DNA of 64,000 nt from Acutalibacteraceae bacterium (lineage in GTDB: Bacteria; Bacillota; Clostridia; Oscillospirales; Acutalibacteraceae), in contig JAZNPG010000138.1 of assembly GCA_045589555.1 (NCBI GenBank), positions 768-64,767 of the forward strand. The letters are read 5' to 3'. Positions 24,417-33,978 of this stretch are shown here, in pieces. How positions within the stretch are numbered: position 1 is the stretch's first letter; each line of letters begins with the position of its first letter. The position numbers and the translations under genes are program-made. A model generated the notes under the pieces. The model made no database searches. It was not told the origin of the DNA and saw nothing but the letters and a program-made list of their open reading frames with translations.

Positions 24417-25919
24417 ATGACCGATTTATCAGTTAAAAAGCTCTCCGCTTCAACGAAAACCCTCATGCTGATTGCGTTTTCAATTATGACCGGTTTCATG
24501 TGGCGTGTCAGAGGTGACCACGGCTGGGGCTCAATGTGGGGCATGTTTGCGGTTGGCGTTGCAATGATGCTTTTCATTTTCGCCTTTTTCGGAAACCGCA
24601 AAAAAATGAGCTACGAAGCCATCCCGATTGCCGTTATCCTTCTGGGCATAACCAACGGCGGCTGGGGCACTCTCAACAGCCAGATGGGCGGCTACCTCGG
24701 CAGCTCCGCCGTTTTTACGGGCGAAGAAATCGAAAGAACAATCGAAATCAGCCCATTCAGCGGTCTTGCAATCATGCTGCTTCTCGGTTTCGGATGGATG
24801 CCTCTTTTTGCGCTTTTCCTCGGCTCGCTTTTCTCTAAGCGTGAATACAAGCTCAAAAACTACATAACGCTTATTGCCGTTTATTATGTTGCAATGCTTG
24901 CCATGCAGGCATTTGCAGCGCATTATATTCTCCCACTTATCAACGCAGAAGCCGTTGAGGGCTTCAGGCAGGGTCTTGCCGACAGAGGAATCGACGGCTC
25001 GCCGTTAAAGGCTTATCTGACCCATTTTGCCGACGATGCCTGGGCAAAAAAGGTTCCTTTCGGCAGAAACTATTTCACAAGCATCAAGGTTATTTCAAGC
25101 GCTGCCGCAGCTCTTATTTCATCACTTACTGCCCTTGTTTTGCTTAAAGACAAGGTAACGTTTTTCATTTCAACCGCAATCAATTTTATCTGCGCAATCG
25201 CCATTACCGCAGCGGATGTTTTCCTTATTCTCGATTCGGACAGAGGATTTTTTGCAAGCGTCAACGCACCTGCATTCATCAACAATTGCGGCTGGTCGCT
25301 CTGGGAATTCTTCACGGGCTTCCTGCTCGGCTTCGGTATAATGCTTCTTCTTATCTGCCTGCCCGAAAGTATTACAGGCAGCGAGGGAAGATTTGAGTAT
25401 GAGCCCGTTATTGCAAACGATAAGCTCCGCGCAGCTTATAACGCTGTTCTGACCTTTGTTTTCACCTTTGTGCTCACTCTTTCAAGACCTCTCGGCGGCA
25501 GAATCTCCGAATGGATTGCCATAAGAGGCTGGTCCGACGAAGAAGATATGATTCAGATTATCATTGCCGCAGTGCTCTGCGCAGTTGCACTTATTCCCTG
25601 CGCAATTATCGCAAAGAAAAACTGCGTTGCAAGAGGTCTGCCGATTCCTGTTAAAAAGCATATTGACGATTTCTGCAGAATTGCAACTCCCTCATATTTC
25701 GGCGCAACCGCAGTTATCTATTTTACCGCAAGCTACAACAAGCGCATGGATTTAATCACCCTTTTCAACGGCATAAAAAATCCCTCAGCGCTCCTTGAAA
25801 CGCTGAAGGACGGCGGATGTGTTATAACAATCCTTATGATTGCTGCACTTGTTCTTTTCTTCATTTTCTGGGTTGCCGCCGCAGAATCGGCACGCAAAAC
25901 AAGAATCAGCGAAAAATAA
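24417..25919 (+). CDS. polytopic membrane protein, unknown function
   Basis: I moved the start to ATG 24417 after an AGGAGG RBS. At least 10 hydrophobic segments; no family recognised. Lies immediately downstream of the AraC gene. Confidence 0.55.
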   Translation: MTDLSVKKLSASTKTLMLIAFSIMTGFMWRVRGDHGWGSMWGMFAVGVAMMLFIFAFFGNRKKMSYEAIPIAVILLGITNGGWGTLNSQMGGYLGSSAVFTGEEIERTIEISPFSGLAIMLLLGFGWMPLFALFLGSLFSKREYKLKNYITLIAVYYVAMLAMQAFAAHYILPLINAEAVEGFRQGLADRGIDGSPLKAYLTHFADDAWAKKVPFGRNYFTSIKVISSAAAALISSLTALVLLKDKVTFFISTAINFICAIAITAADVFLILDSDRGFFASVNAPAFINNCGWSLWEFFTGFLLGFGIMLLLICLPESITGSEGRFEYEPVIANDKLRAAYNAVLTFVFTFVLTLSRPLGGRISEWIAIRGWSDEEDMIQIIIAAVLCAVALIPCAIIAKKNCVARGLPIPVKKHIDDFCRIATPSYFGATAVIYFTASYNKRMDLITLFNGIKNPSALLETLKDGGCVITILMIAALVLFFIFWVAAAESARKTRISEK

Positions 25920-26559
25920 TATCTCTTACCTCGGCAACATTACGGGCGATAAAGGTTGCGCCTGCTGAGCGCAGCTCTTCTTCGCTGCCGTAGCCGAAGG
26001 TTACGCCGACGCTGCTCACGCCTGCTCCGTTGGCACCGTTTATATCAAAATGCCTGTCACCGACCATAAGCACCCTTGATTTCTCTGCCTTGAGAGCCTC
26101 GGCAGCTTTGGTGATGAGTCTTACCTTGCTCTGGTCAGCCTTATCATCGGCAGGCGCGGAAATATAATCAAAATAATCCTCAAGTCCGAGGTGGGCAACG
26201 ATTCTGATTATGAATTTCTGAGGCTTTGCGCTGGCAATTCCGATTTTTATTCCGTTATCCTTAAGCTCACGGAGCAAATCGAGGATTCCGTCATAAATCC
26301 TGAATTTCAGAATTCCGCTCTCGGCGTAGGCTTCTCTGTATTTTGTAACGGCAAAATCCGCCCGCGCATCGTCGATACCGAGCTCACGCCTGAATGAATC
26401 GAAAATCGGCGGACCGATAAATCTTTTAAGCGTTTCATCCGTCAGCGGTCTGAAGCCGAGAGCCTCCACAGCATACTGCACGGATTCAAAAATACCCTCG
26501 CCCGTATCGGCAAAGGTGCCGTCAAAATCAAATAAAACCGCATCATAATTCTTTTTCAT
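25906..26559 (-). CDS. HAD-superfamily hydrolase (phosphoglycolate phosphatase-like)
   Basis: DFDGTFADT motif I, SAKP, and GDRHFDINGA motif. Confidence 0.8.
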   Translation of the reverse strand: MKKNYDAVLFDFDGTFADTGEGIFESVQYAVEALGFRPLTDETLKRFIGPPIFDSFRRELGIDDARADFAVTKYREAYAESGILKFRIYDGILDLLRELKDNGIKIGIASAKPQKFIIRIVAHLGLEDYFDYISAPADDKADQSKVRLITKAAEALKAEKSRVLMVGDRHFDINGANGAGVSSVGVTFGYGSEEELRSAGATFIARNVAEVRDIIFR

Positions 26560-26691
26560 CCCAAATCTCCTTCAATCCGTCATTATTATTTATTGATAAA
26601 CAGATGATTCTTACTTTGGTTTGATTCTGATTATTATAGCACAAAATAATTCCGTTAACAACTTACTCTCCAAATGTTTTTATTTGATTAT

Positions 26692-26719
26692 TTACAACAT
26701 CAGAAATCTCTGCTATAAT
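26692..26719 (+). promoter_or_regulatory. sigma-A-type promoter candidate with extended -10
   Basis: TTACAA (26692-97), 16 nt, TGCTATAAT (26711-19). Confidence 0.5.
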
Positions 26720-26763
26720 ATGTATTTGTTATTATTTTTTCTTCAGAAAGGTCTGAAAATACC

Positions 26764-27942
26764 ATGGATTACAAATTTTCTTCAGGAATTGCATCTCTGA
26801 AGCCCTCGATTATCAGAGAGATTCTCAAAAGCTCGGGTAACACAATTCCCCTTGCCGCAGGCAATCCTGCCCCCGATGCATTTCCTGTTGATGACATTAA
26901 AAAGATAGTTAACGATGTGCTTGAAAGCCAGCCGATTCTTGCTTTGCAGTACGGCATCAGTGAGGGCTACGGTCCCCTTGTTGAAACCCTCTCAAAGCTT
27001 GCAAAGGAGCGTTACGGCGCTTACGGCGAGAGCGATAAGCTCATCATAACAAGCGGTGCACAGCAGGTTATGAGTCTTGCCTGCCACTGCCTCATAAACC
27101 ACGGCGACTGCATCATCTGCGAAGAGCCTGCATTCATCGGCGCTCTCAACTGCTTCAGAAGCCACGGTGCAAGGCTTGTTGGCGTGCCCCTTGAAAAAGA
27201 CGGCATGAATCTCGAAATCCTTGAAGAGAAGCTTAAAGCCGAAGAAAACGTCAAGTTTATCTATACAATCCCCAATTTCCAGAATCCCGCAGGCTCAACA
27301 ATGTCATTTGAAAAGAGAAAGGCAGTTTATGAGCTTGCCAAAAAATACGGAGTTCTTATCCTCGAGGATAATCCCTACGGCGACCTGAGAGTTTCGGGCG
27401 AAAGCGTGCCCGCAATCAAGAGCCTTGACACCGACGGTCTTGTTATCTATTCAGGCTCATTCTCAAAGATTGTTGCTCCCGGCGTAAGAGTCGGTTTTGT
27501 TGTTGCCAACGAAGCCCTCATTGCAAAATTCACCGTTGCCAAACAGACACAGGATGTTCACACTCCCCTCATCTCGCAGCTCATCGTTTATAAGTGGCTC
27601 ACAGAATTTGATTTCGAAGCCCATATCAATAAAATCAGGGATATCTACCGCCGCAAGCTCAACCTGCTTTGCGACTGCCTCGATAAAGAGGTTGGCGGCT
27701 TCCTTGATTATCAGCGCCCCGAAGGTGGTCTTTTTGTATGGGCAAAGCTTCCCGAAGGCGTTGATATGCTTGAATTTGTTAAAAAAGCAAGCGCTGCAGG
27801 CGTTTCGGTTGTTCCCGGCAACGCATTTCTTTGCGACGGCGACGCCCCCTGCGACTATGTCCGCCTGAATTTCTCAACCCCCTCCGATGAAGACATTGCA
27901 AAGGGCGTTAAGATTCTCGGCGAAGTTGCAAAAACCTATTAA
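26764..27942 (+). CDS. PLP-dependent aminotransferase (class I/II, KAT/AadAT-like)
   Basis: SGSFSKIVAPGVRVG (PLP lysine motif) and NPAPDAFP, typical of the COG1167-type catalytic domain without an HTH. Confidence 0.8.
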   Translation: MDYKFSSGIASLKPSIIREILKSSGNTIPLAAGNPAPDAFPVDDIKKIVNDVLESQPILALQYGISEGYGPLVETLSKLAKERYGAYGESDKLIITSGAQQVMSLACHCLINHGDCIICEEPAFIGALNCFRSHGARLVGVPLEKDGMNLEILEEKLKAEENVKFIYTIPNFQNPAGSTMSFEKRKAVYELAKKYGVLILEDNPYGDLRVSGESVPAIKSLDTDGLVIYSGSFSKIVAPGVRVGFVVANEALIAKFTVAKQTQDVHTPLISQLIVYKWLTEFDFEAHINKIRDIYRRKLNLLCDCLDKEVGGFLDYQRPEGGLFVWAKLPEGVDMLEFVKKASAAGVSVVPGNAFLCDGDAPCDYVRLNFSTPSDEDIAKGVKILGEVAKTY

Positions 27943-27957
27943 GAGAGGATTTTACAT

Positions 27958-28968
27958 ATGGAAAACACAGCTCCCGAGCGTAAGCCGATAGTTCTGAGCA
28001 TGATTCAGCCCACATCCGTTCCCACTCTGGGCAACTATCTCGGCGCTCTCAAAAACTGGAAAGCAATGAGCGACGATTACAACTGTCTTTATGCGGTTGC
28101 CGATCTCCACGCTCTCACAATTCACCCCGAGCCTGCAAAGCTCCGCCAGCAGATTCTTGAAATGTATGCAATTCTGCTTTCAATCGGTCTTGATCCCGAG
28201 CAGAGCATCGTTTTCATCCAGAGTCAGGTGCCTGCCCACGCAGAGCTTGCATGGATTCTTGATTGCTACACGCAGTTCGGCGAAGCTTCAAGAATGACTC
28301 AGTTCAAAGAAAAATCGCAGAAGCATGCCGATAACGTTAACGTCGGTCTGTTTGCATATCCTGTCCTTATGGCTGCTGATATCCTGCTTTATCAGGCAAA
28401 CTTCGTTCCCATCGGTGCCGACCAGAAGCAGCACCTTGAGCTTGCCCGTGACATCGCAACAAGATTCAACTCCCTCAGAGGCAACACATTCACCCTCCCC
28501 GAGCCTTTCATCGGCAAGGTTGGCGCAAGAGTTATGAGCCTTCAGGATCCCACACAGAAAATGTCCAAGAGCGATCCCAACCCCAAGGCATCCGTTTCGT
28601 TGCTTGACACTCCCGAGGCTATCCTCAAAAAGTTCAAGTCTGCAGTTACTGACAGCGAGGCATGCGTGCGCTATGCTGACGGCAAGGACGGCATCAACAA
28701 CCTCATGGCAATCTATTCCTGCTGCACGGGGCTTGACTATGCCGCAATCGAAAAGGAATTCGAGGGCAAGGGCTACGGTGATTTCAAGGTTAAGGTTGCC
28801 GAAGCGGTTATCGAAGAGCTCCGCCCCGTTCAGGAAAACTACAAGCGCCTTATGGCTGACAAGCAGTATCTGCTTGATACCGCCGCAAAGGGTGCAGAGA
28901 AAGCTTCTCACTTTGCAAACAGAACTCTCACAAAAGCAAAGAAAAAAGTCGGTCTTTTGCTCGGTTAA
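27958..28968 (+). CDS. trpS: tryptophan--tRNA ligase
   Basis: PTLGNYLGAL (HIGH-region equivalent), GADQKQHLEL and KMSKS. Lies 15 nt after the aminotransferase gene. Confidence 0.9.
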   Translation: MENTAPERKPIVLSMIQPTSVPTLGNYLGALKNWKAMSDDYNCLYAVADLHALTIHPEPAKLRQQILEMYAILLSIGLDPEQSIVFIQSQVPAHAELAWILDCYTQFGEASRMTQFKEKSQKHADNVNVGLFAYPVLMAADILLYQANFVPIGADQKQHLELARDIATRFNSLRGNTFTLPEPFIGKVGARVMSLQDPTQKMSKSDPNPKASVSLLDTPEAILKKFKSAVTDSEACVRYADGKDGINNLMAIYSCCTGLDYAAIEKEFEGKGYGDFKVKVAEAVIEELRPVQENYKRLMADKQYLLDTAAKGAEKASHFANRTLTKAKKKVGLLLG

Positions 28969-29013
28969 AAGGCGATTTTGCAATAATTTTTGTTAATTAC
29001 GCCAAAATTGCAT

Positions 29014-29058
29014 AAATATTCAAAAACCGCTTGATTTTTTGAATATTCGGTGTATAAT
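29014..29058 (+). promoter_or_regulatory. argG promoter with overlapping ARG-box-like inverted repeat
   Basis: aaatattcaaaaa (29014-26) and tttttgaatattc (29036-48) are 12/13 complementary and contain TGAATATTC half-sites. TTGATT (29031-36), 16 nt, TATAAT (29053-58). Confidence 0.5.
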
Positions 29059-29098
29059 CAATGCATAAAGTAAATTTTACAGATTGGAGATAATACCC

Positions 29099-30322
29099 AT
29101 GAAAGAAATCAAAAAAGTTGTTCTCGCCTATTCAGGCGGTCTTGATACCTCAATCATCATCCCCTGGCTCAAGGAAAACTATAATAACTGCGAAGTTATC
29201 GCTGTTTCGGGCGATGTTGGTCAGGGCACAGAACTTGACGGTCTTGAAGAAAAGGCTATCAAAACAGGTGCTTCCAAGCTTTACATCGAAAATCTTCAGG
29301 ATGAATTCGTAACAGATTATATCTGGCCCACCCTCAAGGCAGGCGCAGTTTACGAGAAGGAATATCTTCTCGGCACATCCTTTGCCCGTCCCATCATCGC
29401 AAAGAGAATCGTTGAAATCGCAAAGGCTGAGGGCGCAGACGCTATCTGCCACGGCTGCACAGGTAAGGGCAATGACCAGGTAAGATTTGAGCTCACAATC
29501 AAGGCTTTCGCTCCTGAAATGGAAATCATCGCTCCCTGGAGAATCTGGGATATCAAATCCCGTGAAGAAGAAATCGAATACGCAGAGGCACACAACATTC
29601 CTCTTAAGATAAACCGCGAAACCAACTATTCAAAGGATAAGAACCTCTGGCATCTTTCACATGAAGGTCTTGATCTTGAAGACCCCGCAAACGAGCCTCA
29701 GTATAACAAGCCCGGCTTCCTTGAAATGGGCGTTTCACCCGAAATGGCTCCCGATGAACCCACTTACATCACAATCCACTTTGAGAAGGGCGTTCCCACC
29801 GCAGTTAACGGCAAGGAAATGGACGGCGTTTCTCTCATCAAATATCTCAACGAAGTTGGCGGCAAAAACGGCATCGGTCTGAACGATATCGTTGAAAACC
29901 GTCTTGTAGGTATGAAGTCCAGAGGCGTTTATGAAAATCCCGCAGGCTCCATCCTCTTCAAAGCACACGATGTTCTCGAAACAATCACTCTCGACAGAGA
30001 TACACAGCACTATAAAGAAATCGTTGCTCATAAGTTTGCAGAGCTTGTTTACTTCGGTCAGTGGTTTACTCCTCTGCGCGAATCTCTTTCAGCTTTCGTT
30101 GATAAGACTCAGGAAACAGTTACAGGCGATGTTAAGCTCAAGCTCTACAAGGGCAACATGATCAATGCAGGCGTAACTTCTCCCTATACTCTTTACAGCG
30201 AAGATTTTGCAACATTCGATGCTGACGAAGTATACAACCAGAAGGATTCCGCAGGCTTCATCAACCTCTTCGGTCTTCCCATCAAGGTAAAGGCAATCCT
30301 TGAAGCTGAACGCAACAAATAA
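29099..30322 (+). CDS. argG: argininosuccinate synthase
   Basis: [12 protein letters not shown] and full-length resemblance to ArgG. ATG 29099 after a GGAGA RBS. Confidence 0.95.
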   Translation: MKEIKKVVLAYSGGLDTSIIIPWLKENYNNCEVIAVSGDVGQGTELDGLEEKAIKTGASKLYIENLQDEFVTDYIWPTLKAGAVYEKEYLLGTSFARPIIAKRIVEIAKAEGADAICHGCTGKGNDQVRFELTIKAFAPEMEIIAPWRIWDIKSREEEIEYAEAHNIPLKINRETNYSKDKNLWHLSHEGLDLEDPANEPQYNKPGFLEMGVSPEMAPDEPTYITIHFEKGVPTAVNGKEMDGVSLIKYLNEVGGKNGIGLNDIVENRLVGMKSRGVYENPAGSILFKAHDVLETITLDRDTQHYKEIVAHKFAELVYFGQWFTPLRESLSAFVDKTQETVTGDVKLKLYKGNMINAGVTSPYTLYSEDFATFDADEVYNQKDSAGFINLFGLPIKVKAILEAERNK

Positions 30323-30479
30323 TCTGCGTTAAATTGCGAAATACGGCGTTGCTTCGGCTCGCAATATCGCATATTGCTTCACCTGTGCGCCTTGTCTTTC
30401 ACAATTTCACTTGATTATTCAGATTCGTTAAAATGCAGAATACGGCATATATTCACATTATTCAAACACAAATAAAAAC

Positions 30480-30506
30480 AGAGCCGTCAGGTTTGGCGGC
30501 TCTTTT
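30480..30506 (+). terminator. intrinsic terminator candidate downstream of argG
   Basis: agagccg-tcaggtttgg-cggctct followed by ttt. Confidence 0.5.
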
Positions 30507-30533
30507 CCCGTATAATGAATCATTCGGTTTTAC

Positions 30534-30640
30534 GGGCAGGGGCGGCTATCAGCCGCCATCAGATCAATACAGAATTAACGGGCGATTCATGAATCGCCCC
30601 TACCGAAACTATTCACCATTCACTCTTAATTATTCACTAC
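30534..30640 (+). repeat. intergenic repeat family copy B (two GC hairpins + CTAC + TTCAC-rich tail)
   Basis: ggcggctatcagccgcc (30541-57), gggcgattcatgaatcgcccctac (30580-603), actattcaccattcactcttaattattcacta (30609-39). Confidence 0.8.
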
Positions 30641-30655
30641 CACGGGAGGATTTCT

Positions 30656-31963
30656 ATGAAACTCTGGGCAGGACGCTTCTCAAAAGAAGCCGATAAAAAA
30701 ACAAACGATTTCAACTCATCCATCGCAACCGATTCAAGGATGTATTACTGGGATATCGAGGGCAGTATCGCCCACGCAACAATGCTTGCCGCAAAGGGCA
30801 TCATTTCGCAGGATGACGGTGCGCTGATTTGCTCCGAACTTGCAAAAATCAGGCATGAAATATCAGGCGGAGAGCTTCTCATCGACCCCAACGCAGAGGA
30901 TATCCACACCTTTATTGAGCAGACTCTTACCGAGCGCATCGGCTCTGCAGGCAAGCGCCTCCACACGGGCAGAAGCCGCAATGACCAGGTTGCTCTTGAT
31001 GTAAGGCTTTTCCTTCGTGAGCAGTGCAACGAAACTCTCGTGCTCATCAAAAAACTTATCAAGGCTCTTGAGGAAAAGGGCGATGAATACGCAGGCGCAA
31101 TTATGCCCGGCTACACTCACCTTCAGAGAGCTCAACCCATCACATTCAAGGCTCATTTAACAGCATATACGGAAATGCTTACCCGTGACCTCGGCAGAAT
31201 TGAGGATGCCGCAAAGAGAATGAATTCCTCACCTCTTGGCAGCGGCGCTCTTGCAGGCACAACCTATCCCATTGACAGAGCAATGACCGCCGAATTCCTC
31301 GGCTTTGATTCTTTTACAAAGAGCACTCTTGACGGTGTTGCAGACAGAGATTTCTGCATCGAGCTTGCATCTGCGCTTTCAATCTGCATGGTGCATCTTT
31401 CAAGGCTTTGCGAAGAAATCATTCTCTGGTGCTCCTGGGAATTCAAATTTGTTGAGCTTGATGACGCTTTCTCAACAGGCTCAAGCATCATGCCTCAGAA
31501 GAAAAACCCCGATATCGCCGAGCTTGTAAGAGGCAAGAGCGGCAGAGTTTTCGGCGACCTGATGACACTTCTTACCGTTATGAAAGGTCTGCCTCTTGCA
31601 TATAACAAGGATATGCAGGAGGATAAGGATGCGATTTTCGATGCGTTTGACACCGTTAAAATCTGCCTCATCACTCTCGAGCCCATGATTGCAACCATGA
31701 AGGCAATTCCCGAAAACATGAGAAAGGCTGCTGCAGGCGGCTTCATCAACGCCACCGACTGCGCCGATTTCCTCGTATCAAAAGGTCTGCCCTTCAGAGA
31801 TGCTTACAAGGCAACGGGCGAGCTTGTTGCTCTTTGCATCAGAGAAAACAAAACACTTGAAACCCTCTCTCTTGAGGAATATCAGGGCATCTGCGAGCTT
31901 TTCGATAACGGCGTTTACGATGCCATCAAGCTCGAAAACTGCGTTGCAAGAAGAGGAATGTAA
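30656..31963 (+). CDS. argH: argininosuccinate lyase
   Basis: MKLWAGRFSKE..., GSSIMPQKKNPD signature. Confidence 0.95.
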   Translation: MKLWAGRFSKEADKKTNDFNSSIATDSRMYYWDIEGSIAHATMLAAKGIISQDDGALICSELAKIRHEISGGELLIDPNAEDIHTFIEQTLTERIGSAGKRLHTGRSRNDQVALDVRLFLREQCNETLVLIKKLIKALEEKGDEYAGAIMPGYTHLQRAQPITFKAHLTAYTEMLTRDLGRIEDAAKRMNSSPLGSGALAGTTYPIDRAMTAEFLGFDSFTKSTLDGVADRDFCIELASALSICMVHLSRLCEEIILWCSWEFKFVELDDAFSTGSSIMPQKKNPDIAELVRGKSGRVFGDLMTLLTVMKGLPLAYNKDMQEDKDAIFDAFDTVKICLITLEPMIATMKAIPENMRKAAAGGFINATDCADFLVSKGLPFRDAYKATGELVALCIRENKTLETLSLEEYQGICELFDNGVYDAIKLENCVARRGM

Positions 31964-31970
31964 TAAAAAA

Positions 31971-32001
31971 AGAGGACACCTGACGGTGTCCTCTTTTTTT
32001 A
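31971..32001. terminator. bidirectional intrinsic terminator (argH / convergent lipoprotein gene)
   Basis: aaaaaaa-agaggacacc-tgac-ggtgtcctct-ttttttt. Confidence 0.8.
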
Positions 32002-32604
32002 TTCTGTAATTTCTTTGAATTCCGTGAAAACAATCTTAACGGTTTCGCGCTTGAAATCCATGCGGTTACCCTCGCTGGTTTCGCCAACGTTAAGACCGAA
32101 AAGGTTAACGGTTATCTGGCTTCTGCGTGTAATTTCACCGTTTGCATCATAGCCGATATACGAAACCTTGACCTTATCCTCACCCTCGCCTCTTGCAAGA
32201 ACAGCAAAATCAACATAGGCATCTGCCTTTGAAGTGAAGCCCTGGTCATCAACCACAATTTCCTTGATTGAAACATAGGAGTTGCCCTGCGCAAAATATT
32301 CGGGGTAAACAAACTGAACCGAACCAACCTCAGTAACAAAAGAACCGTCTCCGTCGGGTTCAGTAGCATATTCGTTGACTCTTGAACGCTCAACTTCAAT
32401 TGTATCTGCTTCATATGAAGGCTTGGTTACGTTGGGAACATACTGAACATCTGTCGGACCTGCGTCGGTTACCGCCGCAGTTGTTGCAGGTGCGGTTGTT
32501 GATACCTGATCATCGCCCTGCTTGCCGCACGATGCGAAAGAAAGAACCGATGCCGATGCAACAGCCACTGCGAGAATTGCCGAAAGTTTTCCTGATGCTT
32601 TCAT
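31999..32604 (-). CDS. lipoprotein, unknown function
   Basis: Signal peptide with lipobox (LSFASC). Paralogous C-terminal half with 32649..33173. Confidence 0.55.
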   Translation of the reverse strand: MKASGKLSAILAVAVASASVLSFASCGKQGDDQVSTTAPATTAAVTDAGPTDVQYVPNVTKPSYEADTIEVERSRVNEYATEPDGDGSFVTEVGSVQFVYPEYFAQGNSYVSIKEIVVDDQGFTSKADAYVDFAVLARGEGEDKVKVSYIGYDANGEITRRSQITVNLFGLNVGETSEGNRMDFKRETVKIVFTEFKEITE

Positions 32605-32648
32605 TTTAATTTACCTCACTTTGTTTTGGTTTTATATCTTCGCACAGA

Positions 32649-33173
32649 TTATTTCTTTGTGTAATCATAGAACTCAACCTTTGCCGTGCCTGCAGGCACA
32701 CCGAAGGTCAGCTCAATCGCTTCTCCGTCTTTTTTGCCGTCAATGCTGATGCTCATGCAGCCATTCTCCTTAAGCAGGTTTCCGCTTGCGTCATAGGCAT
32801 TATAGGCAATCTTCATATAATCCTCTTTGCCCTTGCCGATGATGGTTGCTTTTGCCCTGCCGTAAACCGTTGCCTGCGGAACATCCATGTTTTCAAGCTC
32901 AATTGCATTAACGGATGCAACCGTATTGCCGTAAACATAGTAGCTGCGCTGAATAAAACGGATACTGTGAACCGTTTCGATATGCTTCGGCGGCTGAGTT
33001 ATACCGGGATAATCATCCAGATTTTCAGCTACGGGAACGGTTTCGCCGATTGCGTTTTTATAGGTAAATTCCGCCGTGCCTGTTGTTGCAGGCTCCTCGG
33101 GAATGTTCGAGCATCCGCTCATGCACATGAGCACCGCCGCCGCACATGCCAACAATTTAAATGTTTTTTTCAT
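32649..33173 (-). CDS. lipoprotein, unknown function (paralogue of 31999..32604)
   Basis: I moved the start to ATG 33173 (MKKTFKLLACAAAVLMCMSGC), which has a lipobox. This removes the overlap with trmL. Confidence 0.55.
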   Translation of the reverse strand: MKKTFKLLACAAAVLMCMSGCSNIPEEPATTGTAEFTYKNAIGETVPVAENLDDYPGITQPPKHIETVHSIRFIQRSYYVYGNTVASVNAIELENMDVPQATVYGRAKATIIGKGKEDYMKIAYNAYDASGNLLKENGCMSISIDGKKDGEAIELTFGVPAGTAKVEFYDYTKK

Positions 33174-33193
33174 AACAATATACCTTTCGGATT

Positions 33194-33706
33194 TCATTTG
33201 CATTTCCAGTTGAATTTTGTAAGCTCGCCGCGGGTTTTAAGCTCGGGAAAGCCCCATTGCCTGAGCACCTCATAAACGCCGATTGCAACCGTGTTTGAGA
33301 GATTCAGGCTTCTTGCTGCGCTGTTGTCAATCATCGGCAGTCTGACGCAATTTTCGGGGTTTGCAAAAAGCAAATCCTCGGGCAAGCCTGCCGTTTCTTT
33401 GCCAAAAACAAGATAGCTGTTATCGGGATATTCAACATCGGAATAAATTTTTGTTGCTTTTGTGGAAAAATAAAAGAAATGACCGTCTTTATTTTTCTCA
33501 AAAAAATCTGTCAAATTTTCATAATAGGTTATATCAAGCAGGTGCCAGTAATCGAGCCCTGCTCTTTTTAATTTCGCATCATCCACCCTGAAGCCCATCG
33601 GCTCAACAAGGTGAAGCCTTGCTCCGGTTGCGGCGCAGGTACGGGCAACGTTACCCGTATTCTGAGGAATCTGCGGCTCAACAAGAACGATATTCAGAAC
33701 TGACAT
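33194..33706 (-). CDS. trmL: tRNA (cytidine/uridine-2'-O-)-methyltransferase TrmL (SpoU family)
   Basis: LNIVLVEPQIPQNTGNVARTCAATGARLHLVEPMGF is a typical TrmL N-terminus; about 170 aa. Confidence 0.85.
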   Translation of the reverse strand: MSVLNIVLVEPQIPQNTGNVARTCAATGARLHLVEPMGFRVDDAKLKRAGLDYWHLLDITYYENLTDFFEKNKDGHFFYFSTKATKIYSDVEYPDNSYLVFGKETAGLPEDLLFANPENCVRLPMIDNSAARSLNLSNTVAIGVYEVLRQWGFPELKTRGELTKFNWKCK

Positions 33707-33786
33707 TTTATAACTTCCTTAACGCATGAATTTATCTCTCCGAAGGGGCAAAATAATAATGATTTTTTATGATTGGAGGGATAAGA

Positions 33787-33978
33787 ATGTTTATGTCAAA
33801 CCGAAGCGCCGATATCGTGAAGGGTATGGGCATCGGGCTTGCCGTCGGCACTGCGGCGGCGGTTGCAGGCTCAAAAATGATGACCAAAAGCGGCAGAAAA
33901 ACCTGCAAGAAGACCGCTGCAAAATGCATGAGAACAATGGAAGATGTTCTGGACAGCATTTCAGCCATGACAAAATAA
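33787..33978 (+). CDS. small Gly/Ala/Lys-rich protein, unknown function
   Basis: ATG 33787 after a GGAGGG RBS, 63 aa. Contains one hydrophobic GIGLAVGTAAAVAG segment. Coding status uncertain. Confidence 0.35.
   Translation: MFMSNRSADIVKGMGIGLAVGTAAAVAGSKMMTKSGRKTCKKTAAKCMRTMEDVLDSISAMTK

Noticed and set aside
25906-25919. 14-nt overlap of convergent gene ends (membrane protein + / HAD hydrolase -)
   Set aside because: Both ORFs look real and the overlap involves only the last few codons. There is no terminator between them, but this alone is not unusual enough to report.
26560-26763. T-box or tryptophan attenuator upstream of the aminotransferase-trpS pair
   Set aside because: The leader downstream of the predicted promoter is only about 45 nt. 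I could not find a specifier loop, a T-box sequence or a terminator/antiterminator pair.
28288-28983. 231-aa minus-strand ORF
   Set aside because: It is antisense to trpS, which has the KMSKS and other class I ligase motifs.
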